From: Thalassospira sp.
GTDB lineage: Bacteria > Pseudomonadota > Alphaproteobacteria > Rhodospirillales > Thalassospiraceae
Direction of reading: 5' to 3'
Length of the DNA stretch: 64,000 nt
Assembly (NCBI RefSeq): GCF_030690045.1
Contig: NZ_JAUYHK010000009.1
Location: 83,718-147,717, forward strand
The notes below the pieces were generated by a model. That model made no database searches. It was not told the DNA's origin and saw only the letters and a program-made list of their open reading frames with translations. Position numbers and translations under genes: made by a program. Below, in pieces: positions 11,573 to 21,411 of this stretch. Every line of letters begins with the position of its first letter. Position 1 is the first letter of the stretch.

Positions 11573-11992
11573 ATGGTTTTCAGTGCATTTGCCCAGATCA
11601 GTCTCTGGGGCGTTCTTGCCGCCTCCGCGTTCGGCTTCGTGTTCGGGGGCGTCTATTTTGGTGCCCTGGTCCCCAAATATTACGCGATAGCCCTGGGACG
11701 AGAGAACATGCCGGCCGCCAAGCCGGACATGCTGACCATCCTCGGACCCTTCGTGTGCAATATCGTGATGATCGTCACGACGGCTGCGATCATGCGCATG
11801 GTCGGGGTTGTCTCGCTTGCCGATGCCCTGTCGCTCGGGCTGGTGATCGGTGTCGGTTATCTGCTGGCGATGTGCATGACGATCGCGATCAATCCCAATT
11901 TCCCCAGGCCGTTCTACTACACGATGGTGAACGCACCCTATTTCCTGGTCAGCAGCTTGGTGACGAGCGCCGTGCTACTTCTGTTGCAGTAG
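11573..11992 (+). CDS. Small integral membrane protein, DUF1761-like
   Basis: 139 aa with about 4 hydrophobic segments. The family assignment is from memory of DUF1761 architecture and is only tentative. Confidence 0.55.
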   Translation: MVFSAFAQISLWGVLAASAFGFVFGGVYFGALVPKYYAIALGRENMPAAKPDMLTILGPFVCNIVMIVTTAAIMRMVGVVSLADALSLGLVIGVGYLLAMCMTIAINPNFPRPFYYTMVNAPYFLVSSLVTSAVLLLLQ

Positions 11993-12176
11993 GCCCATTG
12001 TGCCCACGAGCGCAGACGACGTGAGGGTTTTCGATGTGCCGGAACCACTGCAGATGTGGTTTTCGAATAACCGCGTCTACAGTTTGCAAAGATGGCCAAA
12101 GCAACCTGAGAGGGCCTTGGCCTCCCTTGGTAGCCGCGCTCGAAAAAGAGCGGACCCTTAAGCCCGCCTGCGCCCG

Positions 12177-13961
12177 CTATACCGGCCCCAAAACCGGGCT
12201 TTGCAGCAACATGCCGGTAGTAACATCGCCAATACCCCGGTCGGTTTGATGCGGGCCGGGGTTACAGGCCAGCGTCGCCCCAAAACAGGCCTTGAACACC
12301 AGATAGGGCGGTTGCCAGTCAACAATTGCATCGGCTGCCGCCCGGATCGCTGCAAAACCGGTTGCCACATCGCGCATCGGCGCATCGGATACCAACCCGC
12401 ATAGCGGCAAGGCCAGAACCGCATCCAGCTTGCCCTGCGATGCCACGGCCATCCCCCCGCCCGCCGCAATCACCGCATTGGCGGCAATCGCCATATCCTG
12501 CGGATTACCGCCAAAAACCGTCAGATTATGGCTGTCATGGGAAACCGTGGTGCAAATCGCCCCGCGCCATGCGCCCCAGCCTTCCAGAAACCCGACCCGT
12601 GGCCGACTGTCAGCCCGGCCATGACGGTGGGCGACCGCGATCAAAATCGTACCGGCAGGCGGCACGACAAAGCCGTCTTGAACAAGCGCTTCAACCTCGC
12701 CCCATTGGGTGAAACGGGGCCGGTTGATGGTAGCAATCCGGACTTTGGCACCTTCTGCCGGAACCCGGAAATCATCCGCTGTCACCCTGTCGATTTTCAT
12801 GGTCTCGCGCAGCGGGGCGGCGTCGGTTTCCCAGACTGCCTGATGCAGCCTGCCGTCACTGGCCGTCAGTTTGCCATTGACCAGAACATGTCGGGCCTGA
12901 AAGGCAACAAGGTCTTCAAACAGCACAATATCCGCCCGCCTGCCCGCCGCAATCAGGCCAAGGTCCGGGCGACCCAGCCGCAAGGAGGCGTTGAGAGTCG
13001 CGGCCTGCAAGGCCCATTGCGGTTTCAGGCCATAGGCGACAAGACGCCGCACCACATCATCCAGCCCGCCCTTTTGCGCCAGATCATCGGCAAACACATC
13101 GTCGGTACACAAAGTGACGGTGGGCGGCAAATGGCCCAGTTTATTGAGGGTCGCAACACATTCAGGCAATAAATGATCGTGCGACCCGCGCAATTCAATC
13201 GTCAGCCCGGCGCGCAATTTCGCCATCAAATCATCGCCCGACACCAATTCATGATCGGAACTGACCCCCGCGGCCATAAAGGCCGCCAGATCGGCCCCGC
13301 CCAGCCCGCGGGCATGACCACAGACCGGTTTTCCCGACGTCAGACCAGCCTGCAAAATCGCACTCATGCGCGGGTCACGGCCAATCACGCCGCGCATATT
13401 CATGACTTCGGCAATGCCGCCAATTTCCGGCCAAGACAGCATTTCCGCCATGGCCTGACTGTCAAAATCGGCCCCCGAAAGTTCCATCCCCGGTGCCGCA
13501 GGCACACAGGACGGGGCCAGAACCACCACCCGCAAAGGCAGATTGCGGCAGGCTTCCACCGCCCAGCGCACCCCGGCAAGACCCAGAACATTGCCCAGTT
13601 CATGCGGGTCCCAGACAATGGTCGTCACCCCGCGCGGTACCACGGTTTGCGCATAGGTGGCCGGTGTCACCATCGAACTTTCGACATGCATATGCGTATC
13701 GATCAGACCCGGCGACAAAAAACAACCGCTGGCATCAATCACCTTGCGCCCGTCCTGACGGGCCCCGCATGCATGCACACTGGCAATCAGCGGGCCAACA
13801 ATGCCGATATCGGCCGGGCGTAATTCACCCGTCACCATATCAACCAGCATCCCGCCCGTGATCAGAACATCAAACGGCATATCGCCACGGGCCGCCGCCA
13901 CCGCACGCGACCGCAAGGCATTATCGGCCAAATCCTGTGGTTCAGTCGGGGCAATCGTCAT
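12177..13961 (-). CDS. ade: Adenine deaminase
   Basis: Amidohydrolase HxH motif in the adenine-deaminase context (SPGLIDTHMHVESSMVTP...WDPHELGNV). ~590 aa, the typical Ade length. Confidence 0.9.
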   Translation of the reverse strand: MTIAPTEPQDLADNALRSRAVAAARGDMPFDVLITGGMLVDMVTGELRPADIGIVGPLIASVHACGARQDGRKVIDASGCFLSPGLIDTHMHVESSMVTPATYAQTVVPRGVTTIVWDPHELGNVLGLAGVRWAVEACRNLPLRVVVLAPSCVPAAPGMELSGADFDSQAMAEMLSWPEIGGIAEVMNMRGVIGRDPRMSAILQAGLTSGKPVCGHARGLGGADLAAFMAAGVSSDHELVSGDDLMAKLRAGLTIELRGSHDHLLPECVATLNKLGHLPPTVTLCTDDVFADDLAQKGGLDDVVRRLVAYGLKPQWALQAATLNASLRLGRPDLGLIAAGRRADIVLFEDLVAFQARHVLVNGKLTASDGRLHQAVWETDAAPLRETMKIDRVTADDFRVPAEGAKVRIATINRPRFTQWGEVEALVQDGFVVPPAGTILIAVAHRHGRADSRPRVGFLEGWGAWRGAICTTVSHDSHNLTVFGGNPQDMAIAANAVIAAGGGMAVASQGKLDAVLALPLCGLVSDAPMRDVATGFAAIRAAADAIVDWQPPYLVFKACFGATLACNPGPHQTDRGIGDVTTGMLLQSPVLGPV

Positions 13962-14881
13962 TGACCGGCCTCCTTGCGCAGCGCATCCAGAACAAAATCG
14001 CGGGCGCGATCTGCATCAACAGCCACCGCATACTGCGCATTGGGCACAGTCGCGGGCCTTGCATCGACAATGGTGCGGCCCCGTGTATGGGAACCCTGCA
14101 ATTCCACGGCAATATGCGCGGGCTGGAAGTGCACAATATCGGCCGTCGCAAGGGCCACCGCCGCACACGGATCATAAAGCCCCATCGCAGGCCGCCCGCG
14201 TTCCAGTGCAATCATCACATAACCGGCCAAAAGATCGGCCAGCAAACCGGCATTCCGCCCTCCACAGACGCGAATGGTTTCGGCATCCTGCAATGTCACC
14301 AGAACCTGACGGCACAAATCCAGATCCACCATGCGCAACGGCACACCATGCGCCAGAATAATCGACAGTGCCTCGGGATCGGCAAGGGCATTGAATTCAG
14401 CCGATGCCGTATGATTGCCCGCCCCGACAGCGCCGCCCATCCAGACCAGATCGGAAATTTTCGCGGCCAGATCGGGGCGCGCCAAAACCAGCGCCGCGAT
14501 ATTGCCAAGCGGCCCCAGGGCCAGAATGCGGCGCGGCTCCGGATCATCACCCGAAAGCCAGTCACACAGCGCGACAAAGGCATTGCCATCGGGCAAGGTG
14601 ATCACATCGGGCAATGCCTGTCCGACTGTGCGCATGCCGGTCTGACCCAAAATACGTCTGGCGGTTTCAACCGGCCCCAAAACCGGAAAGGATCGCCCGC
14701 AATGAATTGGAAAGGACCAGCCAAATGCCGCACAGGCCCCCGCCGCATTGCGGCGCACCTGATCCATCGGCACATTCCCCGCCACCAGCGACATGCCGTC
14801 AATCACCATCCCGGCATGGCGCACAACCAGCACGGCGGCAATATCGTCAAAGCCCATATCGGTATCGATCCAGATTCCCAT
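13958..14881 (-). CDS. Nucleoside hydrolase (inosine/uridine-preferring IUNH family)
   Basis: N-terminal IWIDTDMGFDDIAAV matches the DxDxxxDD signature. It overlaps the ade start by 4 nt. Confidence 0.9.
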   Translation of the reverse strand: MGIWIDTDMGFDDIAAVLVVRHAGMVIDGMSLVAGNVPMDQVRRNAAGACAAFGWSFPIHCGRSFPVLGPVETARRILGQTGMRTVGQALPDVITLPDGNAFVALCDWLSGDDPEPRRILALGPLGNIAALVLARPDLAAKISDLVWMGGAVGAGNHTASAEFNALADPEALSIILAHGVPLRMVDLDLCRQVLVTLQDAETIRVCGGRNAGLLADLLAGYVMIALERGRPAMGLYDPCAAVALATADIVHFQPAHIAVELQGSHTRGRTIVDARPATVPNAQYAVAVDADRARDFVLDALRKEAGQ

Positions 14882-14886
14882 GACCG

Positions 14887-15915
14887 TTACCCAAGACGCG
14901 ACAATTGCGCGGCCTTTGCCACCGGCAAATCAAAATTCAGAACCGCCCCGAATTCATGGGCGGCAAGGCTGGCATCGGTTTCCGCCTTGATCGGCCCCAA
15001 CGGGGTATCAAGCAAATATTCCCGCGTGCCCCCGGCAAAGGAACTGCCGCGCACGGTTCCCTGATAGGGCCCGGAACCAAGGGCCACCATCGACGGACGC
15101 CATGCAAGACCAACCGCCCCGCCGGGTGCATCCGATGACAGATCCGCCATTCCGGCGGTTGTTTTCATCTTGCCGTTTTCCAGGGCAAAGACATTTTCAA
15201 AACCGACAAAATCGGCAACAAACGGCGATACCGGATGGTTGTAAATTTCTTCGGGCGTGCCGATCTGTTCAATCGCCCCGTTCAGCATCACAATGATTCG
15301 ATCCGCCAGCGCAAGGGCCTCGACCTGATCATGGGTCACGAAAATCATCGTGATACCGCTTTGTTTCTGGACGCGCTGCAATTCCGCCCGCATTTCCAGA
15401 CGCAACCGCGCATCCAGATTGGACAGCGGTTCATCCAGCAGCAACACCTTGGGTTCCATCACCATTGACCGCGCCAGCGATACTCGTTGTTGCTGTCCGC
15501 CCGACAGTTCGGCGGGTTTGCGCGATGCAAAATCCGACAGGCCCACGGTTTTAAGGCCGCCTTCCACCCGGTTTTCCAGATCACGCCCGCGGATTCCCTT
15601 CAGCCGCAGGCCAAAGGCAACATTTTCAAAAACATTCAGATGCGGAAACAGCGCATAGGACTGAAACACCAGCCCCACCGCCCGTTTATTGGCCGAAACG
15701 CGGGTGACATCAACACCGTCCAGACGAATGGTGCCCGATGTCGGCTGCAACAAACCGGCAATGGCGCGCATGGTGGTGGTTTTGCCACATCCTGACGGCC
15801 CCAGCAGGGCAACAAGTTCACCCTTGCCGATATCCAGATTCATATCGCCAACGGCAATTGTATTGCCATAAGACAGGGTCAGTTTTTCAAGGCTGAGATA
15901 ACGGGAATCAGACAT
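14887..15915 (-). CDS. ABC transporter ATP-binding protein (PotA/FbpC-like)
   Basis: GPSGCGKTT (Walker A), [24 protein letters not shown], plus a C-terminal TOBE-like region. Confidence 0.9.
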   Translation of the reverse strand: MSDSRYLSLEKLTLSYGNTIAVGDMNLDIGKGELVALLGPSGCGKTTTMRAIAGLLQPTSGTIRLDGVDVTRVSANKRAVGLVFQSYALFPHLNVFENVAFGLRLKGIRGRDLENRVEGGLKTVGLSDFASRKPAELSGGQQQRVSLARSMVMEPKVLLLDEPLSNLDARLRLEMRAELQRVQKQSGITMIFVTHDQVEALALADRIIVMLNGAIEQIGTPEEIYNHPVSPFVADFVGFENVFALENGKMKTTAGMADLSSDAPGGAVGLAWRPSMVALGSGPYQGTVRGSSFAGGTREYLLDTPLGPIKAETDASLAAHEFGAVLNFDLPVAKAAQLSRLG

Positions 15916-16687
15916 AGCGTGAAAATCCTAGAAAACGTTCGGCCAGAAAAACAATCCCCAGCGACATAAAAGCCAGCAGCGCTGACAGGGCGGCAACCGA
16001 CGGGTCATAGGTGATTTCCATATAGGCCAGCATATCGATCGGCAGGGTCCGCACCCCCGGCCCGGACAAAAACAGCGATACCGGCACCTGATTGAAACTG
16101 GTGACAAAGCCCAGAATAAATGCCGCCAGAATGCCGCCCCGGATATTGGGCATCACCACCCGGAAAAACGCCCCGGTGCGCGATGATCCCAGCAACACGG
16201 CGGCTTCTTCAATATCGCCGCGCAAATTATTGAGACTGGCCGACACCACCCGCACCGCATAGGGCAGGATCAGTGCGGTATGGGCCAGAAACAGCGCAGG
16301 CAAAATGCCGAACTGAAACGGCACGACCAGATACCGCAACAAGGCAAGACCAACGATAATCCCCGGTACAATGATCGGTGCTGAAACAACGGTGCGGATT
16401 GTTTCACCAAACGGCACCTTGTAACGCGCCAGCGCATAGGCCGCCGGAATACCCAAAACAAGGGCCGCCAGCGTACCGCCAATTGCCAGAAACATCGAAA
16501 TACCGAAACTGGTGCGGAAACTTTCGACCTCGAACACCTTGATCACCCAGCGCAGCGACAGGCCATCGGGCGGAAAGGCGAGTGTTTCACCCGCCGATAA
16601 CGAGGCGGCGATAATAATGACAAAAGGACCGATCAGGAACAAAAGCACCAGCCCCAGAATGGTCGGTGTGTATAAACGTGACATCAT
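15908..16687 (-). CDS. ABC transporter permease (PotC-like)
   Basis: Six TM segments and an EAA-type loop (EEAAVLLGSSRTGAFFRVVMP). Confidence 0.9.
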   Translation of the reverse strand: MMSRLYTPTILGLVLLFLIGPFVIIIAASLSAGETLAFPPDGLSLRWVIKVFEVESFRTSFGISMFLAIGGTLAALVLGIPAAYALARYKVPFGETIRTVVSAPIIVPGIIVGLALLRYLVVPFQFGILPALFLAHTALILPYAVRVVSASLNNLRGDIEEAAVLLGSSRTGAFFRVVMPNIRGGILAAFILGFVTSFNQVPVSLFLSGPGVRTLPIDMLAYMEITYDPSVAALSALLAFMSLGIVFLAERFLGFSRYV

Positions 16688-17532
16688 CTTTTGTTCCTTG
16701 CAGTTGCCAGCCGCTTGAGCAGCAAATTGGCGGCAAAGGCCATGACGATCAGGATCAGGGCAATCACACTGGCCGCAACAAAATCATTGGCGACCGTGAC
16801 CCGCTGATACAAAAGCGTTTCCAGCATCAAAACCTTGGACCCGCCCAGAATCGCCGGGGTGATATAGGCGGTCATCGACCCGGTAAAAACCAGCGTACCG
16901 CCAATCACCAGACCCTCGCGGGTCAGAGGCAGGATAACTTTCCAGAACACCTGAAACCAGTTGGCCCCCAATACCCGCGCCGCAGGCACCGCATCTCGCG
17001 GCATGTTTTCCAATGCACTGACCAGCGAAATGATCATCAGCGGCAGGAAAAGCTGCAACAGGCCAATAAACACGGCCGTTTCGGTAAACAGAAACCGGAT
17101 CGGCTCGTCACTCAGCCCGATGGAAGTCAGGGCCTGATTGACGATCCCGGTCCGGCCCAGAATAACGATCCAGGCATAGGTTCTCGCCACCGGCGAAATC
17201 ATCAGCGGCAGGACGACAAGGCCGATCATGCGGCCCTTTCCCTTGGGCGGCAGATTGACAATGGCAAAGGCCGCCGCATAGCCGATCACCGCCGCAACCG
17301 CCGTTACCATCGCCGCCAGTTTCAATGTCCGGACAAAAACCGTCCGGTTCAGCGGATGGGAAAAAAAGTCGATATAGGCCTGTATTGTCCAGCCATCCGC
17401 CCCCCGAAATCCTTCGGAAAGCAAAACAACCACCGGCACCAGAAAGGTGACGCCCGCAAAAACAGCCGCGGGCAATACAAGCGCAAAGGCTTCGGCCCGG
17501 TTCTGAAACATGTCCGTAACCTTGTCGTCCAA
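16684..17532 (-). CDS. ABC transporter permease (PotB-like)
   Basis: Polytopic membrane protein with the loop PRDAVPAARVLGANWFQVFWKVILP. Confidence 0.9.
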   Translation of the reverse strand: MDDKVTDMFQNRAEAFALVLPAAVFAGVTFLVPVVVLLSEGFRGADGWTIQAYIDFFSHPLNRTVFVRTLKLAAMVTAVAAVIGYAAAFAIVNLPPKGKGRMIGLVVLPLMISPVARTYAWIVILGRTGIVNQALTSIGLSDEPIRFLFTETAVFIGLLQLFLPLMIISLVSALENMPRDAVPAARVLGANWFQVFWKVILPLTREGLVIGGTLVFTGSMTAYITPAILGGSKVLMLETLLYQRVTVANDFVAASVIALILIVMAFAANLLLKRLATARNKR

Positions 17533-17582
17533 ATGTGATAAAAAGGCCTGATATCACTCAGGCCGGGGGTCGCCCGGATGTC

Positions 17583-18611
17583 TTACTGGGCGACTTTTGT
17601 ATTCCATTCCGACAACCATGTTTCTCGGTTATCAAGCTCCAGTGCCGCCGGAATGATGTTCAGCCCTTCGACTGTTTCCTTGCCAATCGTCAGGTTTTCG
17701 GCAATGTCGGGTGCAACCGTCACCTCCATATTGGCCGGGCTATCAACCAGATTTTCTGCCAACGCGGTCTGGATTTCCGTCGATAACCAGTAATCCATGA
17801 ATTCAAGCGCCAGGTCCTGATTTTTGCCGTCTTTGGTCAGGATCATCACATTCATGCCACCGGCCTGACCTTCTTTCGGGGTCGCCCATTTGATCGGCAT
17901 ATCCATCTTTGAAAATCCGCTCCAGGCGAAACGCCCAATCGGTGCCGCCCAGATTTCTTCCTGTTGCATCAACTGCACCAGTTGCGACGACCGGACATAA
18001 AAGGTAACGATCTCGTCCTTGTGCTCGCCCACAGCGGCAATCGGTGCTTTCAAATCCGGGGCTTCGTCGCCCATTGCCTTGCCCAGCATATAAAGGGTGG
18101 CCGGGCCTTGCGTGGTTGTCACATTGGGCAGCGCCACCCGGCCGGCCAGATCATCCGACAACAGGTCGCCCCATGATGTGATGTCCACCTTGTCGGAACG
18201 ATAGGCAATCGAACTGGCATAGAATGTATAGCCGATACTCATGCCATCACCGTTTGGATCGCGGGCCTTGTCATACAGCAAATCAAAATTCGACAATTTG
18301 GCCGGATCAATTTTTTCGGTCAGACCGGCCCGTGCCGCGGCCAGCGCATCGGTGGCCGAAACCACCGCCATGTCGATCACCGGATTTTCCCGGTTGGCTT
18401 CGATCTTGGCCAGCCGTTCAACGCTGTTGCCGGTTTCAACCACCAGCTTGCAGCCACATTTGGCCTCGAACGGATCATAAAGGATTTCCTTGTAGGCATC
18501 CTGGGCAAACCCATAGACCGAAATCGTCAGGGTGCGGTCCTGCGCACTGGCTGCCCCCACCGACAGCATCAACGCAGCACCCGATGCCAGCAAAATCTTG
18601 TTGATCGTCAT
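17583..18611 (-). CDS. Periplasmic substrate-binding protein (family-1, PotD/iron-type)
   Basis: Signal peptide MTINKILLASGAALMLSVGAASAQ. The mature protein has a PotD-like layout. Confidence 0.85.
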   Translation of the reverse strand: MTINKILLASGAALMLSVGAASAQDRTLTISVYGFAQDAYKEILYDPFEAKCGCKLVVETGNSVERLAKIEANRENPVIDMAVVSATDALAAARAGLTEKIDPAKLSNFDLLYDKARDPNGDGMSIGYTFYASSIAYRSDKVDITSWGDLLSDDLAGRVALPNVTTTQGPATLYMLGKAMGDEAPDLKAPIAAVGEHKDEIVTFYVRSSQLVQLMQQEEIWAAPIGRFAWSGFSKMDMPIKWATPKEGQAGGMNVMILTKDGKNQDLALEFMDYWLSTEIQTALAENLVDSPANMEVTVAPDIAENLTIGKETVEGLNIIPAALELDNRETWLSEWNTKVAQ

Positions 18612-19684
18612 AATACAGATGTTCCTTCTGATTGACTTGATAGGAGGATACTCGGCAGCCCCGACGACTGCCGGACAACCAGTTCCATCGGAACTTCGGA
18701 CGTTTCGGCAACCACAATGGTCCCGCCGGTTTTCCGGGTTTTGTCCCCCGGTTTTGTTGTGATTGTCGCATCGATGGCCCGCGCCAGTGCCGCAACGGCA
18801 ATATCGGCAATGGTGGCCATATTCATGTGAATGGTGGTCAGGGCCGGGGTGATAACCGGCGCAAAGATCAGATCGTCAAATCCGGTCACGCTGACCTGTT
18901 CGGGCACGCGAATGCCGGCCTGCTGCAATTCGGTCAGGGCACGCAGGGCATGCAAATCCGATACGGCGGCAAAGGCGGTGAAACCCTGTTGTACCCGCCC
19001 GGTCAATCCCATCGCGCAACCCGCCCCCTGCGTCTGTTCCAGATTTTTCAGCCAGATGGTTTCGGCAGACATATCGGGCATCAATGCCGATTTCATGCCG
19101 CCAATACGGTCATTTTGCACATTCGATGCCGGGTCATACCCGATCAGCAACAGGCGTTTATGACCCAGTGCCCCCAGATGTTCGACAATTTGCCGTCCTC
19201 CGCCCCAATGATCGGCCGATACCGTATTGCCCGGTGTGGACGGTGTATCGACCACGGCGACCGGACAATCAATATCGGCGATGCGGGTGCCACGCCGGGG
19301 CACAATAATCATGCCATCCACACCGCGTTCAATCAGGCGGTTGATCGCCTGGGTCTGGGTGGTGACATCCCCGCGCGAATCGGCAATCAACACACCATAG
19401 CCCGCCTGCGAGGCCGCAGCCTCCATCGCCTGGGCGATTTGCGGAAACAGTGGATTGGCAATATCGGGCAACACCAGCCCCAAAACCCCCGACCTTCCGG
19501 TGCGCAAGGCACGCCCGGCCTGACTGGGCACATATCCCAATTCATCGGCCACTTTGCGGATGGTATCGACCAGATCGGCAGACACCCGCCCCTTGCCTGA
19601 CAAGGCATTGGACACCGTTGCCGTTGACACACCAACAGCCGCAGCAATCTTGCCCAAATTGGGTCCCGGACGGTTCAATGCCAT
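18608..19684 (-). CDS. LacI-family transcriptional regulator
   Basis: KIAAAVGVSTATVSNALSGKGRVS is the HTH, followed by a periplasmic-binding-protein-like core. First gene of the operon. Confidence 0.9.
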   Translation of the reverse strand: MALNRPGPNLGKIAAAVGVSTATVSNALSGKGRVSADLVDTIRKVADELGYVPSQAGRALRTGRSGVLGLVLPDIANPLFPQIAQAMEAAASQAGYGVLIADSRGDVTTQTQAINRLIERGVDGMIIVPRRGTRIADIDCPVAVVDTPSTPGNTVSADHWGGGRQIVEHLGALGHKRLLLIGYDPASNVQNDRIGGMKSALMPDMSAETIWLKNLEQTQGAGCAMGLTGRVQQGFTAFAAVSDLHALRALTELQQAGIRVPEQVSVTGFDDLIFAPVITPALTTIHMNMATIADIAVAALARAIDATITTKPGDKTRKTGGTIVVAETSEVPMELVVRQSSGLPSILLSSQSEGTSVL

Positions 19685-19707
19685 AAATTATGCCATGCAA
19701 CATGGGA

Positions 19708-19725
19708 TGATTAATCGTTTAACCA
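19708..19725. promoter_or_regulatory. Candidate LacI-family operator
   Basis: TGATTAATCGTTTAACCA fits the generic LacI-family palindrome TGnnAAnCGnTTnnCA. It lies 24-41 nt upstream of the LacI start codon. Confidence 0.45.
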
Positions 19726-19835
19726 ACGCTATGCGAATTTTTGAACGCTGTCGAGCAGGATTTTAACCCGTCCGCAAAATCAGGAAATTTCGGGATACCC
19801 TCAAGGGCCGAAGATTGCGTGAGAACAGATCAGAG

Positions 19836-20288
19836 TCAGGACCGGGCGCGCACAAAATCCCGAAAAACTTCCAGCGTCTGGATGCTGACATGATGTTCGA
19901 TACCTTCGGCATCGAATTCGGCAATCGCCGGATCAACGCCCAGCGCGATCAGAAATTCATAAACCACCCGATGCCGTTCCCGGCATTTTTCGGCCAGTTC
20001 GCGGCCCTGATCGGTCAGGAAAATCGCCCGATAGGGTTTGCTGGTGACAAAGCCGTCGCGTTCCAGACGTTTGATGGTGTTATTGACCGTCGCCGCCGTC
20101 ACACCAAACCGCCCTGCCAGTGCCACCGCCCTTGCCTCGCCTTCTGCATCAATCAGATCGGCGATCATTTCGACATAATCCTCGGTCACTTCGCGGGCAT
20201 GTGCCTCGCGCAATTGCGCGAAAACTTCCGCCTGATTATGCCGTGTTGGCAAGTCTGCCTGATCACCCATCGCCCTGTCCTTCTGCAA
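19836..20288 (-). CDS. mntR: Manganese-responsive regulator MntR (DtxR family, no SH3 domain)
   Basis: REAHAREVTEDYVEMIADLI...RLERDGFV...RERHRVVYEFLIALGVD...EGIEHHVS aligns closely along its length with E. coli MntR as I remember it. Confidence 0.85.
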   Translation of the reverse strand: MQKDRAMGDQADLPTRHNQAEVFAQLREAHAREVTEDYVEMIADLIDAEGEARAVALAGRFGVTAATVNNTIKRLERDGFVTSKPYRAIFLTDQGRELAEKCRERHRVVYEFLIALGVDPAIAEFDAEGIEHHVSIQTLEVFRDFVRARS

Positions 20289-20327
20289 TCCCCCTTCTTC
20301 ATATCAAGACAGCCCGGAAAAATCAAA

Positions 20328-20341
20328 TTAGCCTTGACTAA
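20328..20341. promoter_or_regulatory. Candidate MntR operator overlapping the -35 of the transporter promoter
   Basis: TTAGCCTTGACTAA has inverted TTAG/CTAA arms (5 of 7 pairs). It contains TTGACT, with CATAAA 17 nt downstream. Located between mntR and the binding-protein gene. Confidence 0.35.
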
Positions 20342-20419
20342 GTTTCAAAGTCCGCACATAAACAAAGGGTATTTATGGAACGATTGCAAACTGCATCCTG
20401 ATCGCCGGAGATTGTCCTG

Positions 20420-21403
20420 ATGACTGCCTTGCGCCTACCCCCCCGTCTTTCCCGCCTGATCCTTGCCACGGCCTTGATCCTGACCGGGATTGTCACTGGC
20501 ACAGGGGCATCATCGGCCAAACCGCTGGATGTCGTCGCCTCCACCTCGATGATTGGCGATGCCGCCCGGCAGGTCGCAGGCGACCGCGCCACGGTCACCA
20601 CCCTGATGGGGCCAGGCATCGATCCCCATTCCTATCGCCAGACCCGCAGCGACATTGCCGCGATGGCGCGCGCCGATCTGGTCTTGTGGCATGGCTTGTA
20701 TCTTGAAGCGCAGCTTGAAGAATTCTTTATGGATCTGGGCAAACGCCGAAAGGTGGTGGCGGTTGGCGAAGCCGTTCCGGTCGAAAACCTGCTGAGCCAC
20801 GCCGATTACCAGGGCCGTTATGACCCGCATGTCTGGATGAATCCGGAACTGTGGTCCCATGTGGTGAATGCCGTGCGCGATGCCCTGATCGAAGCCGACC
20901 CGGACGGTGCCGATCTTTATACTGCCAACGCAAAACGTCATCTCGCCGAACTTGATGATTTGTCGGCCTATGCCAAAAAGGTTCTGGCCAGCATTCCGGA
21001 AACGAGCCGGGTCTTGCTGACGGCGCATGATGCCTTTAATTATTTCGGCCGAGCCTATGATTTCGATGTTGAAGGCATTCAGGGCATTTCCACAGTATCC
21101 GAGGCCGGATTGCGCCGGATCGAGGAACTGGTCGATATGATCGTCAATCGCAAGATCGCTGCCGCCTTTGTGGAAAGTTCGGTATCGGATCGCAATATTC
21201 GCGCCCTGATCGAAGGGGCCAATGCCCGCGGGCAGGCGGTTTCGATTGGCGGCACCCTTTATTCCGATGCGATGGGTGATCCGGGCACCTATGAAGGCAC
21301 CTATATCGGGATGATTGATCATAATGTCACTGTCATTACCCGGGCCTTGGGCGGCACCGCCCCGGCCACGGGCATGCAGGGCAAACTAGCCCCCGGCTTG
21401 TAA
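20420..21403 (+). CDS. Metal (Mn/Fe/Zn) ABC transporter substrate-binding protein, TroA/SitA family
   Basis: Signal peptide, then [35 protein letters not shown]...HDAFNYF. Confidence 0.9.
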   Translation: MTALRLPPRLSRLILATALILTGIVTGTGASSAKPLDVVASTSMIGDAARQVAGDRATVTTLMGPGIDPHSYRQTRSDIAAMARADLVLWHGLYLEAQLEEFFMDLGKRRKVVAVGEAVPVENLLSHADYQGRYDPHVWMNPELWSHVVNAVRDALIEADPDGADLYTANAKRHLAELDDLSAYAKKVLASIPETSRVLLTAHDAFNYFGRAYDFDVEGIQGISTVSEAGLRRIEELVDMIVNRKIAAAFVESSVSDRNIRALIEGANARGQAVSIGGTLYSDAMGDPGTYEGTYIGMIDHNVTVITRALGGTAPATGMQGKLAPGL

Positions 21404-21411
21404 GGAATAAT

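Noticed and set aside
12034-12095. Two fragments resembling the tRNA T-loop (GGGTTTTCGAT and GTGGTTTTCGAAT), considered as a possible attR of the tRNA-Ser island.
   Set aside because: Matches are only ~10-12 nt with indels and do not extend into the acceptor stem. They are compatible with chance. Retained only as a place to look when defining the island's right border.
5464-12176. Interpretation of the island repeats as integron attC sites / gene cassettes.
   Set aside because: There is no intI or attI. Modules contain several genes in both orientations with their own regulators. The repeats lack the RYYYAAC/GTTRRRY core pairs.
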